DNA of 64,000 nucleotides from Candidatus Bathyarchaeota archaeon (GTDB lineage Archaea; Thermoproteota; Bathyarchaeia; 40CM-2-53-6): the NCBI GenBank assembly GCA_963733055.1, contig CAVTBR010000001.1:1184001-1248000 (forward strand), in the 5' to 3' direction. The position numbers and the translations under genes are program-made. This document shows positions 1 to 9,003 of this stretch, piece after piece. How positions within the stretch are numbered: the stretch's first letter is position 1; every line of letters begins with the position of its first letter. The notes under the pieces were generated by a model. That model had not been told where the DNA came from, ran no database searches, and saw only the letters and a program-made list of their open reading frames with translations.

Positions 1-5
1 GAGTC

Positions 6-1067
6 TTGTTCTTCCTCTCGGACACTGGCGAGATGGGCCCTAACGAGGAAGGCATATTCGAAAAATTATACTGGTCAGAAACCGCAGGTTCTAGAGAGAG
101 TGGTTCTCGCGGCTCTATTGCTTCGCTCGACATTCTTGACGACTATGTGCGACTAATTGAGAAACAGCTAGGAGATGTTGGTGGCTACAAGGTAGTCGTG
201 GATTCGGGTAACGGCGCAACTTGCGCGACTCTGAGTCGTGTATTAGAGGGAATAGGGTGCAAGGTCACAACGATTAACGGGCGCCCTGACGGACGATTTC
301 CAGCACGCTCACCAAACCCACAACCTTCCACTCTCACCCAACTCTCGAGGACGGTAAAGGAAGTCAAGGCCGATTTGGGGGTGGGAACTGATAGCGATGG
401 CGATCGTGCCTTGTTCGCGACGGACAAGGGCCAGGTCTTATGGGCTGATCTAACCGGAGCCCTATTCGCGAAGGAACAGTTGCAGAAAAATCCTGGCGGA
501 GTAGTCGTAAGCACCGTGAATACCTCGAACATCCTGAAAGTCCTATGCCTGAAATACGGAGGAAGTCTCAAGGTCACGAAGGTTGGGCCTCCGGCAATCG
601 CTGAAGCGTTACGATCGACTCAGAATGCAATTTTCGCGACCGAGGAGTCTGGAAAGCACATTTGGCCGAACCTATTACTCTATGGCGACGCGGCGATGGC
701 CTCGGGCAAACTCCTACAAATCATGAAAACCTACGGGTTGACACTAGGACAACTTCGGAATGGTCTCCCGAGGCTTCACCAGATGAAGACCGCGTTGCAA
801 TGCCCAGATCAGTTGAAAAGCAAAGCGATGGAATTTGTCAACCTCTCTTGGAAAAGCAAATGGATGATGCGAACGTCAACAATTGACGGATTAAAAGTGG
901 AGTACCCCGACTCATCATGGTTCTTGGTGAGAGCTTCTGGCACTGAACCATTGCTCAGATGCAATGCTGAAGCGAAAACCATCGAACGGGCGCGCGAACT
1001 CCTAGGGAGAGCAACTAAACTAGCACTTCATGCCATTAAGAGCGCAAAGGATTCGCAAGGACCTTGA
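6..1067 (+). CDS. alpha-D-phosphohexomutase family protein (PMM/PGM-like, possibly phosphopentomutase), 5' truncated by window edge
   Basis: Motifs VVVDSGNGA, DGRFPARSP, metal loop TDSDGDR, EESG and C-terminal RASGTEPLLR; the N-terminal catalytic-Ser domain lies outside the window. Confidence 0.88.
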   Translation: MFFLSDTGEMGPNEEGIFEKLYWSETAGSRESGSRGSIASLDILDDYVRLIEKQLGDVGGYKVVVDSGNGATCATLSRVLEGIGCKVTTINGRPDGRFPARSPNPQPSTLTQLSRTVKEVKADLGVGTDSDGDRALFATDKGQVLWADLTGALFAKEQLQKNPGGVVVSTVNTSNILKVLCLKYGGSLKVTKVGPPAIAEALRSTQNAIFATEESGKHIWPNLLLYGDAAMASGKLLQIMKTYGLTLGQLRNGLPRLHQMKTALQCPDQLKSKAMEFVNLSWKSKWMMRTSTIDGLKVEYPDSSWFLVRASGTEPLLRCNAEAKTIERARELLGRATKLALHAIKSAKDSQGP

Positions 1068-1738
1068 TATCTCGAACGAAGCTAGCAGGCATGATAGATC
1101 ACTCGGTGTTACGCCCCGACTCAACCGAAGAGGACGTTAAGAATGGGTGCGAATTGGCCGTTAACCTCGGATTGGCCGCTGTTGTTGTCAACCCCGCACA
1201 CGTGCCGATAGTAGCAACCAGTCTCAAAGGTTCAAATGTGAAGACCTGTAGCGTTGTCGCATTCCCTTTCGGCCTCTCGACGAAGGAAGTGAAACTCGAA
1301 GAGGCAAGGAATGTTCTAACCCTTGGAGCGGAAGAGATCGATATGGTCATGAACTTCAACGCCCTTCACTCACGTCGCGAGGATTATGTTTTGAGTGAGA
1401 TAAAGAGCGTCGTAGAGTTAGCAAGGGCTCAAAAAAAGAGAGTAGTCGTGAAGGTCATTCTTGAAACATGTTACCTGAATGATGTGGAAAAGAAGAGCGC
1501 GTGCCTAGTGGCAGTTGATGCGGGTGCTGATTTCGTGAAGACCTCCACCGGATTCGGTTCGGCCGGAGCCACCGTTAACGATGTTCGATTGATGAGGGAG
1601 GCTGTTGGTCTCACGTTGGGTGTGAAAGCCGCGGGTGGCATAAGGACAACGGAACAAGCGCTGGAGATGGTGAACGCGGGAGCTACCAGGATCGGTACTA
1701 GTTCAAGCGTCTCCATTCTTGAAAGAATGCCCCATTAA
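1064..1738 (+). CDS. deoC: deoxyribose-phosphate aldolase
   Basis: IDHSVLRP, EIDMVMN, KVILET, DFVKTSTGF, VKAAGGIR, RIGTS motifs; TTGA overlap with upstream stop. Confidence 0.97.
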   Translation: MISRTKLAGMIDHSVLRPDSTEEDVKNGCELAVNLGLAAVVVNPAHVPIVATSLKGSNVKTCSVVAFPFGLSTKEVKLEEARNVLTLGAEEIDMVMNFNALHSRREDYVLSEIKSVVELARAQKKRVVVKVILETCYLNDVEKKSACLVAVDAGADFVKTSTGFGSAGATVNDVRLMREAVGLTLGVKAAGGIRTTEQALEMVNAGATRIGTSSSVSILERMPH

Positions 1739-1804
1739 CCTAGCCCTTGCCGGGACGTAATACTTGCAAAATGTTAAATCCGCTTCAGACCGACATTTTA
1801 GATC

Positions 1805-3358
1805 ATGTCAAGGCCAAAGGTTTTCGTTAGGGAGGCTACGGGTCTCGTCAAGAGCGTTAGCCCGTGGACACTCTTCTTCGCTATGCTTGGCGAGATAGGA
1901 TTCGGAACCGGGCTTCTGCTCATTAACATCGCAAACTCCTTCTTCTCGGATGGGAATCCGGGAGGGAACGCGGTTGATGCTACTCTGCTTTTGATGTTTT
2001 TCGTCATCTTCGAGTCTTTCATCTTCTACCATATCGTTCGTTCAGTTGGACGAACGGGTGGAGATTACGTATGGATGAGCAGGAACATCGGGCCCGTGTT
2101 GGGAGGCGCACTCGTCCTCGGCTTCGTATTCACCGGCCTACCGTTCTTGGCGGTATCAGCAAACTGGTTTGTCACACTTTCACTCGCACCGAGCTTATCC
2201 ACAATCGCCGCCGTAACTGGAAACACAGGCTTAACCTCCTTCTCAGCCATGATGACGACGCCAACGGCGTTGATAGCCTTAGGATTGTTCTTGATCGCGG
2301 CGGTGACAGCGGTTGACATAGTATCACCCCGATCGGGCTTCCACCTGCTGGCCCTGCTAACGATAATTCCCCTCATAGGGACCCTCATTATGGCAGGTGT
2401 CTTCTTGAGCCTCGGCCCAACCGGTATTCAGAGCGCCGTCTCAAACTTCCTGTCCCAAAACGGCAGTTCGTACGCCCAGATAGCATCTAATTACACAGGT
2501 CCCGGCGCGTCACTTTCGGGAGTTCTGCTGCTACTTCCCTGGCTGTTCTTCACATTGCCATGGGTAAACAACGCGGCAGCGTTCTCAGGGGAAATCAAGA
2601 ATCTAAAGAAGTCAGCGTGGGTGGGCACGATCCTCCCCGGCGTCTTCAGTGGGGTTTTGCTGGCTGGCTTCGTGGCGTTGTTCAATTGGGGTTTGGGTTT
2701 CAACTTCGCAATGCAAGCACCAATCTCCTGGCCCGGATCGCTATATGGCATGGGCGTCGTCCCGAACATGCTCACAATTGCCACGATTGCAATTCGCGAC
2801 AATGTAGCCTTGATGTGGGTGATGAATCTAACATTCGCCGTCTGGTACTTGGCTTCACTTCAACAAACGATTCTTTCTGTCTCCCGCTATATCCTCGGAA
2901 TGAGTTTCGACAGACTCATTCCCGTTCAATTGGCCCACGTCAGTGACAGATTTCACTCTCCAACCGCCGCCCTGCTACTAAGTTTCATAGTTGCGATACC
3001 GATGGTTTTCATCGCCGACTTAACGAACTGGACATCCCTCTACACAACCACCGCACTTGGAAGCGTGTTCTTCGCATTCATCGGAATAACGGCCATTATC
3101 TATGGATGGAAGAGGAAGAAGGAATTGGGAGGCACCGGTCCGGCCCTCATAGTGTCCGGCTTACTAGTCGCCCCATTCTTCCTATACGTAACATACCAGC
3201 TGCTCGCTCTCCCGTTCTACGGAATCAACTATGTCTCATGGGCAATCATGCTCTTCTTCTGGATACTCGGCGCACTGCTCTACCCCATCGGAAAATGGTA
3301 CTACGGAAAGAAAGGGCTGGACATGAGTCTAGTCTTCAAAGAACTTCCACCTGAATAA
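1805..3358 (+). CDS. APC family amino acid/amine permease
   Basis: Multi-TM; N-terminal FVREATGLVK, RTGGDYVW, FSGEIK, SFDRLIP, C-terminal ELPPE. Confidence 0.88.
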   Translation: MSRPKVFVREATGLVKSVSPWTLFFAMLGEIGFGTGLLLINIANSFFSDGNPGGNAVDATLLLMFFVIFESFIFYHIVRSVGRTGGDYVWMSRNIGPVLGGALVLGFVFTGLPFLAVSANWFVTLSLAPSLSTIAAVTGNTGLTSFSAMMTTPTALIALGLFLIAAVTAVDIVSPRSGFHLLALLTIIPLIGTLIMAGVFLSLGPTGIQSAVSNFLSQNGSSYAQIASNYTGPGASLSGVLLLLPWLFFTLPWVNNAAAFSGEIKNLKKSAWVGTILPGVFSGVLLAGFVALFNWGLGFNFAMQAPISWPGSLYGMGVVPNMLTIATIAIRDNVALMWVMNLTFAVWYLASLQQTILSVSRYILGMSFDRLIPVQLAHVSDRFHSPTAALLLSFIVAIPMVFIADLTNWTSLYTTTALGSVFFAFIGITAIIYGWKRKKELGGTGPALIVSGLLVAPFFLYVTYQLLALPFYGINYVSWAIMLFFWILGALLYPIGKWYYGKKGLDMSLVFKELPPE

Positions 3359-3436
3359 CCAAATCAGTCAAATCGGTCCAAGACATCAGATAGCGCGAAA
3401 ACACCCGCGTTGGTCCGCCCTCAAACCTTGACTCGC

Positions 3437-4207
3437 TCAGACCTCCCTCCACCTTGCCTTGGTTCCTGCAACAACGAACAGAGATATAGTAACGGCAATC
3501 AAAATTGCCCAGGCTAGAACGATCGACGTAGACGTTAGAGGAAGATATCCGCCCGCATTCTGGGCAAGCTCCGCGGCGTAAGTTGTCGGGGAAAGATATG
3601 CTATGTATCTGTAAGGGAGTGGAATGAAGGTAATCGGATAATAGACGGGTGGGATCGTCGAGAAGAGCGTTGAAATCAACCTCGAGAAGGCGAAGCTTTG
3701 AACGATATCCGTGCTGAATGTTGAAAGAGTAAACCCGATCGCGATAGAAGTCAAGAACATCAATACAAGCACGCCAATAAACGTCAAGAGCCCGAAAACG
3801 TTCAAACTCATGAAGTAATACGCGAGAACTCCAAGGACCACGAGGGCTGGGAGAGAATAGACGAGTTCTGAGATCGCCATCCCGAACATGTAGGCTTGCC
3901 AAGTGGTTGGGGAGCTAACGACCATATCTTGAAGTTTGAAATCATTCTTCAAGTGGGAGAGGTCACCTTGAAGCCCGATGCCGGCGGAAAACATGCTCAT
4001 TATGAATCCTCCCTGAATCGCCTCGCCAAGCAATGACCCGTGACTTACGAAAACGATCACTAATAGAAACGAGAGAGGAGAAAGAACCGTGTTGATGAGA
4101 ACTACAGGAAAATTCTGCATTTCATAAATAGAATTGACGAGGATACTGGCGAGAATCTGACTGGAAACGCTCCTCCGCAACGACTGGCGGCTTGCTGAAT
4201 TATTCAT
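3437..4207 (-). CDS. ABC-2 type exporter permease
   Basis: About 6 TM segments, PVYYPITFIP...LSPTTYA motif; ATG at 4207 overlaps the ATPase stop. Confidence 0.88.
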   Translation of the reverse strand: MNNSASRQSLRRSVSSQILASILVNSIYEMQNFPVVLINTVLSPLSFLLVIVFVSHGSLLGEAIQGGFIMSMFSAGIGLQGDLSHLKNDFKLQDMVVSSPTTWQAYMFGMAISELVYSLPALVVLGVLAYYFMSLNVFGLLTFIGVLVLMFLTSIAIGFTLSTFSTDIVQSFAFSRLISTLFSTIPPVYYPITFIPLPYRYIAYLSPTTYAAELAQNAGGYLPLTSTSIVLAWAILIAVTISLFVVAGTKARWREV

Positions 4208-5120
4208 CTGCTTTCCGCCTTGCAAGGTAGAAGAATATGTCATCGAGGGAAATCGGGTTAACCGCAAACTTGAGGCCTTGCTTGACAAGTTCTCTAGAAA
4301 TCCGGTACGCCTCGTCTTCTGTTGTCAGGATCATAACGTGGCCGTTCTGCCCGGTAATGGTCTCACCCGTTTCGGGCGCGGGGATGCCTTTCATGGACCC
4401 TGACAGAATCCTCAGGCTGTAGTTGTAACGAACACTATCCCGCAGCTCCTTCATTGTCCCCATTCGAATTAGCTTGCCTTGGTCCAGGATTCCGATTCTA
4501 TCTCCCAGCTCTTCAGCCTCCTCAAGGTAGTGGGTCGTGAGGAATGTGAACCGTTCTTTTCCTATCTCTCTGAGTGTTACCCAGAACTCTCTTCGCGAAA
4601 TTGGGTCCAGGCCTGTAGTTGGTTCGTCCAAGAAAATTACTTCAGCTTCCGATGAAAGAACAGTAGCAACCATTACCTTCCTCCTCATGCCACCGGATAA
4701 CTTTCGATTCAAGTCATTGCAAGACTTCGACAGATCAAGCCTCTCAAGCGCTAGCAGAGCTCTTCGTTTTGCCTCGGAGTAACCGAACCCTCTCCAGAGA
4801 AGATACGCCCTAACCGTTTGCAGAGGTGTCATCCAGGGTATGGGCCTGGCTTCTTGGGGTACGATCGCAATTTTTTCTCGGAGTTTACGTGCCTCACTCA
4901 TGACGTCGATTCCGTTTATCGATGCGTTTCCAGAGGTTGGTTCAAGTTCAGTCGCCAATATTCGCACGAGAGTCGTCTTACCCGATCCGTTCCTACCGAT
5001 AATGACGAATATCCCGCGGGAGCTCAGGGAAAGGCTCAAGGCGTCAAGTGCTTTGGTTTCGCTCTTTCCATAGACCTTGGTCAAGTGATCGCAGACAACG
5101 GTCTGAAAACGTTCCTCCAT
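4200..5120 (-). CDS. ABC transporter ATP-binding protein (DrrA-like)
   Basis: Walker A GRNGSGKT, signature LSGGMRR, Walker B FLDEPTTGLD, H-loop TTHYLEE. Confidence 0.95.
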   Translation of the reverse strand: MEERFQTVVCDHLTKVYGKSETKALDALSLSLSSRGIFVIIGRNGSGKTTLVRILATELEPTSGNASINGIDVMSEARKLREKIAIVPQEARPIPWMTPLQTVRAYLLWRGFGYSEAKRRALLALERLDLSKSCNDLNRKLSGGMRRKVMVATVLSSEAEVIFLDEPTTGLDPISRREFWVTLREIGKERFTFLTTHYLEEAEELGDRIGILDQGKLIRMGTMKELRDSVRYNYSLRILSGSMKGIPAPETGETITGQNGHVMILTTEDEAYRISRELVKQGLKFAVNPISLDDIFFYLARRKADE

Positions 5121-5245
5121 TCTTCCACAGAATGCCTCCCGTGAAATCGTCGATAAATAGTCTGTTGATTCGCGCCCGCCCGCCTAAACGGAAAACTATC
5201 CGCAAGGTTATCTACTCTCCTCAGGCTGGCTATGTTCGAAATGCA

Positions 5246-6625
5246 ATGGATCCAATCTTGCTGAAGGAGCTTGAGTCGATCGTTGGGGAAGACCAGATTG
5301 TTACTAAGAGGGAGAGTATGCTCAACTATCTCTCAGACGAGAGCCCAGCAGTCATGGAACCTAAACCCGCAAGCGACGTTGTCATCGTGAAACCTAAGAA
5401 CGCAAACGAGGTAGCAGCCGTTGTAAAGTTCGCTAACGAGCACAGGGTTCCAATATTCCCGCGCGGCGGCGGTACGGGTCTCGTCGGAGGGGCTGTGCCG
5501 ACAAGAAATGGGATAGTGTTATCGCTTGAACGATTAAACCAGATTCAGATTGACAAAGAGAACTTGATGGCCGATGTTGGAGCGGGTGTCACGCTTGGAA
5601 AGTTGATTGAAATGTCGGGAAGAGAGGGGCTATCCTTTCCCCCACATCCTGGAGACGAAAACGCGCAGGTCGGCGGACTCGTGGCTACAAACGCGGGTGG
5701 ATCAAGAGCGGTTAAACACGGGGTCATGCGGAATCATGTCAGAGCTCTCGAGTTCATCCTCCCAAATGGTGAAGTGCTCCATCTTGGGGCGAAGGTGCAC
5801 AAGAATAACGTTGGTTACGATCTTATGCAACTCATTATTGGAAGCGAAGGGACTCTTGGAATCGTAACGAATGCGACGATCCAACTTTACGGCAAAGAAG
5901 GCGCCTCAATCACCCTAGTAGTTCCTTTTGCCGATCGCCACGCCGCGATAGCCACCGTTCCGAACATTCTCAAACAAGGCGTGGTCCCATTGGCTATTGA
6001 GTATGTTGAAAGAGATCTAATGGAACGAACAGCGAAACATATCGGGAAGATTTGGCCCGTCACGACCGGCAAGTACTATCTACTGATTATCGTCGGCGAG
6101 GATACTAGGGATGAATTGCTCGCCAAGAGTTTGAGGATATCCGAGATTTGCAAAGCGAACACCCCTTTCGAAATTTTCGCCGCCGAATCGGCGGCCGATC
6201 AAGAAAACATTCTAACGATCAGAAGCAATCTCTACACCGTGCTCAAACCCGACGTTCTCGACATTTTGGATATCGTAGTACCAATTTCTAAGATAGAACA
6301 GATCGTAAAAACCGTCGAGGACATCTCAACGGACACGGGGGTTCCTTTACCAGTCTACGGTCACGCGGGCGATGGCAATCTGCATGTTCACATAATGCGA
6401 AAGCCGGGTGGACAAGTTCAGAATGTAAGCGAATTGACGGACAAGATCTACAAAGCCACTATGGTTCTTGGCGGAGTCATAACTGGCGAACACGGTATCG
6501 GCAAGACCAGAACGGAGAAGATCGAGCATTATCTGGACAGAGGGGAGATAGAATTGATGAAGAACCTGAAGCGGCTCTTCGACCCTAACAACATCATGAA
6601 CCCAGGAACAAAAGTGACTGTCTGA
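5246..6625 (+). CDS. FAD-linked oxidoreductase (GlcD / D-lactate dehydrogenase family)
   Basis: PRGGGTGLVGG, GSEGTLGIV, GHAGDGNLH, GEHGIG, FDPNNIMNPG; ATG 5246 preferred over the ORF-track start. Confidence 0.92.
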   Translation: MDPILLKELESIVGEDQIVTKRESMLNYLSDESPAVMEPKPASDVVIVKPKNANEVAAVVKFANEHRVPIFPRGGGTGLVGGAVPTRNGIVLSLERLNQIQIDKENLMADVGAGVTLGKLIEMSGREGLSFPPHPGDENAQVGGLVATNAGGSRAVKHGVMRNHVRALEFILPNGEVLHLGAKVHKNNVGYDLMQLIIGSEGTLGIVTNATIQLYGKEGASITLVVPFADRHAAIATVPNILKQGVVPLAIEYVERDLMERTAKHIGKIWPVTTGKYYLLIIVGEDTRDELLAKSLRISEICKANTPFEIFAAESAADQENILTIRSNLYTVLKPDVLDILDIVVPISKIEQIVKTVEDISTDTGVPLPVYGHAGDGNLHVHIMRKPGGQVQNVSELTDKIYKATMVLGGVITGEHGIGKTRTEKIEHYLDRGEIELMKNLKRLFDPNNIMNPGTKVTV

Positions 6626-6730
6626 GTACCCAGTCGAATTAGTTTGACTCGTTCGTTATGCTCCTGAACGGAGCAAGCACCGTTCTAAGATGAGCCTGAT
6701 AACTGCGAATAGCCTAAGTCTAGATTCCTG

Positions 6731-6946
6731 TTAGAGTCCGCCTAGCGCCGTACCGCATCTTCCGCAGAACCGTGCAACCGGTGAGTTTCTGAAATAGCAT
6801 TGAGGACAAACTCCCGTCGGTCCTGGGCCGGGTTGAGCGAGAGGCGTACCACAGCGCGGACAGAACCTGAGGCCAACTGGGTTGGTCGTGCCGCAGACGA
6901 CGCAATATCCATAACGATACGATTGCAGCTTCGAAACCTCAACCAC
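6731..6946 (-). CDS. small double zinc-ribbon protein
   Basis: Four CxxC pairs (CVVC, CPRC, CPQC, CGRC) in 71 aa. Confidence 0.75.
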   Translation of the reverse strand: MVEVSKLQSYRYGYCVVCGTTNPVGLRFCPRCGTPLAQPGPGPTGVCPQCYFRNSPVARFCGRCGTALGGL

Positions 6947-7049
6947 ATCGAGTGTATCTATTGATTAAAAACGTTTGCCACATTTCTTCATCCCAAGGCT
7001 TTTCAGTCCCATGGAAAACCATCACGCGGCGAAGAATACGACGAGAACC

Positions 7050-7721
7050 TTGACTCGCCCGAGGGCCATCCTCTCTTGGTCGTCCGGCAAGGATAGTGCA
7101 ATGGCCCTCCATCGCACATTGGCCGCCAAAGAACTTGAAGTGGTCTGCTTGCTTACCACGGTTAGTGATGCATTCCATCGCGTGTCGATGCACGGAGTTA
7201 GAGAAGAACTACTCGAGGTGCAGGCTAAATCAGTGGGTATTCAATTGCAGAAAGTGATTATCCCATACCCATGCCCCAACGTCGTGTATGAAGAGAAGAT
7301 GCGTGAAGTTCTCTCGCTCTGGAAAGGGAAAGGCGTTACGCAAGTCATATTCGGCGATCTGTTTCTGGAAGATATCCGCAAGTACCGCGAGGAAAAAATC
7401 GCCCAGATTAATCTGACACCCATTTTCCCAGTTTGGGGAAAAGATACGGCGAACCTGGCTAGAGAAATGTTGGACACTGGCTTTCGAGCCATTATCTGCT
7501 GCGTTGACCCAAAAAAGCTTGATCCGCAGTTCGCCGGACGTGAATTCGACTCCTCCCTTCTGAAGGACTTGCCTGAAAACGTCGACCCGTGCGGTGAGAA
7601 TGGTGAATTTCACACGTTCGTATATGATGGACCAATCTTCAAGAAACCCATCCCAGTTCAAGTTGGTGAGCGAGTGATGCGAGACGGATTCCAGTTTGCG
7701 GACATAACCGCCAGGGCCTAG
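7050..7721 (+). CDS. PP-loop ATP pyrophosphatase, Dph6/MJ0570-related
   Basis: SWSSGKDS, FGDLFLEDIRKYRE, DPCGENGEFHTFV; start uncertain (TTG 7050 or ATG 7011). Confidence 0.88.
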   Translation: MTRPRAILSWSSGKDSAMALHRTLAAKELEVVCLLTTVSDAFHRVSMHGVREELLEVQAKSVGIQLQKVIIPYPCPNVVYEEKMREVLSLWKGKGVTQVIFGDLFLEDIRKYREEKIAQINLTPIFPVWGKDTANLAREMLDTGFRAIICCVDPKKLDPQFAGREFDSSLLKDLPENVDPCGENGEFHTFVYDGPIFKKPIPVQVGERVMRDGFQFADITARA

Positions 7722-8089
7722 CCTTGCTTTGCGGTTGTCCTCGTGCGGTATAGATAGATTGGGATGAGGACTAGCAGAATCACTTGGAGAACCGAACCAA
7801 CGATGAACGTACTGGAAGCCAGAGAAAGCCCCGCTGAAACATACGAATAGTGTTGTGGTTGTGGCAGTGAAACCGCGAGCGTTAGGATGGAGAGTACAAA
7901 AGCTAACGGATACGCGATCCTGCGTCCAACAGTCGCCAATACCGCTACCGCAAGGTATGCGAGCCACCCGACGAGAACCGACAAAAATAGCCATGTCGGA
8001 ACCAATACGTAAAGTTGTGGAAGCAGAACGATACCCACTGCAACAGACAGGTAGATCAGTAAATCAATCACTCGCCTGAGACCGACCAA
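7718..8089 (-). CDS. hypothetical membrane protein (about 4 TM)
   Basis: 123-aa hydrophobic ORF filling the gap between recognised genes. Confidence 0.65.
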   Translation of the reverse strand: MVGLRRVIDLLIYLSVAVGIVLLPQLYVLVPTWLFLSVLVGWLAYLAVAVLATVGRRIAYPLAFVLSILTLAVSLPQPQHYSYVSAGLSLASSTFIVGSVLQVILLVLIPIYLYRTRTTAKQG

Positions 8090-8179
8090 GAGCGTAACCT
8101 CGCGCTTCCGCCAATCAGCATAACATTCGTCTAATATGAAGATAGAATAGAAAAAGAACGGGAGAAAGAACTAGGTTGC

Positions 8180-8305
8180 TCAGTGCTTTAGTTCTTCGAT
8201 TCTCTCCGTAACGCCCTTGAGTTCACTCTCTAGGTTGCTCTTGTATTCTTCTAGCCATTCAACCTTCTCTTCCTTCGTCAGAAACCTACGACCTTCATGA
8301 CACAT
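8180..8305 (-). CDS. 41-aa coiled-coil small protein (DUF5320-like), not in the ORF track
   Basis: Manual translation MCHEGRRFLTKEEKVEWLEEYKSNLESELKGVTERIEELKH*; strong SD GGAGGTG at 8316-8322 on the - strand. Confidence 0.8.
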   Translation of the reverse strand: MCHEGRRFLTKEEKVEWLEEYKSNLESELKGVTERIEELKH

Positions 8306-8428
8306 CTCGCTTCAACACCTCCCTTACAATCACTTGTCAATAGTAACGAGGCTGAATTTAGCGACTGGGCGCGCCCGAACCTCGTCAGGACTGGATATTC
8401 TTGTTGAATGCTTGGGAAAGGTTAGGTC

Positions 8429-8932
8429 CTAGTGGATCGTTCCGGTTTCCTTGAGCACGTCCCCATGGCCGCGGGTGAAAGCGTCAGGGGTCAATTCGTT
8501 GGCTTTCACGAATTTGAGTTCAGAGAACCACTCGAGCTTTTTCACTTCTTCTTTCAGGGTTCCTTCGTAAATGAAGCATATGTCCCAATGCGCAGACTCA
8601 GGGTCATTGGGGTCCTGGGATAGGTGGGATTGAACTTGAGTCAATTTCAACTTCACGTCATCGCTCACCCCTACCTGTTCGGTGAGTATTCGTTTTGCGG
8701 AGTCGTCGGGTTTCTCGCCATACTTCAGGTGGGAGGCAGGAAGAAGCCATTTCCCGGAGGAAGCGTATTGAGGAGCATAGTTTTCGCCAACGAAGAACTT
8801 CTCAACCCATATTTCCGGTCTCGCCATCTTTCCTACAAGAATGCCACTTTTCCCGGTGAGTACTAAGAACGCGGAGATGCATGCCCCGCCTTTCGGCACG
8901 TGACCTTCCCTAAAGAGAGCTTTCTTAATCAT
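8429..8932 (-). CDS. NUDIX-fold hydrolase
   Basis: Degenerate Nudix box WLLPASHLKYGEKPDDSAKRILTEQVG. Confidence 0.7.
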   Translation of the reverse strand: MIKKALFREGHVPKGGACISAFLVLTGKSGILVGKMARPEIWVEKFFVGENYAPQYASSGKWLLPASHLKYGEKPDDSAKRILTEQVGVSDDVKLKLTQVQSHLSQDPNDPESAHWDICFIYEGTLKEEVKKLEWFSELKFVKANELTPDAFTRGHGDVLKETGTIH

Positions 8933-9003
8933 CGGCGGCCCAACTCTAGCCCTGACAGTTCACGGCGATATAAGAAAGAGACGCAGGGAAGACTCGACCG
9001 CCA

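Noticed and set aside
5048-5245. N-terminal extensions in the ORF track (FAD oxidoreductase, ABC permease, lysC, APC permease, aroE)
   Set aside because: They overlap neighbouring genes or promoters; homology begins at downstream starts
7230-7994. Long antisense or shadow ORFs (e.g. 7230-7994, 3336-3902, 23831-24373, 52212-52823)
   Set aside because: They overlap well-supported genes and show no recognisable motifs
8340-8395. CTGACGA on the - strand resembling a hammerhead ribozyme core
   Set aside because: No GAAA after a stem II and no NUH cleavage junction in the required geometry
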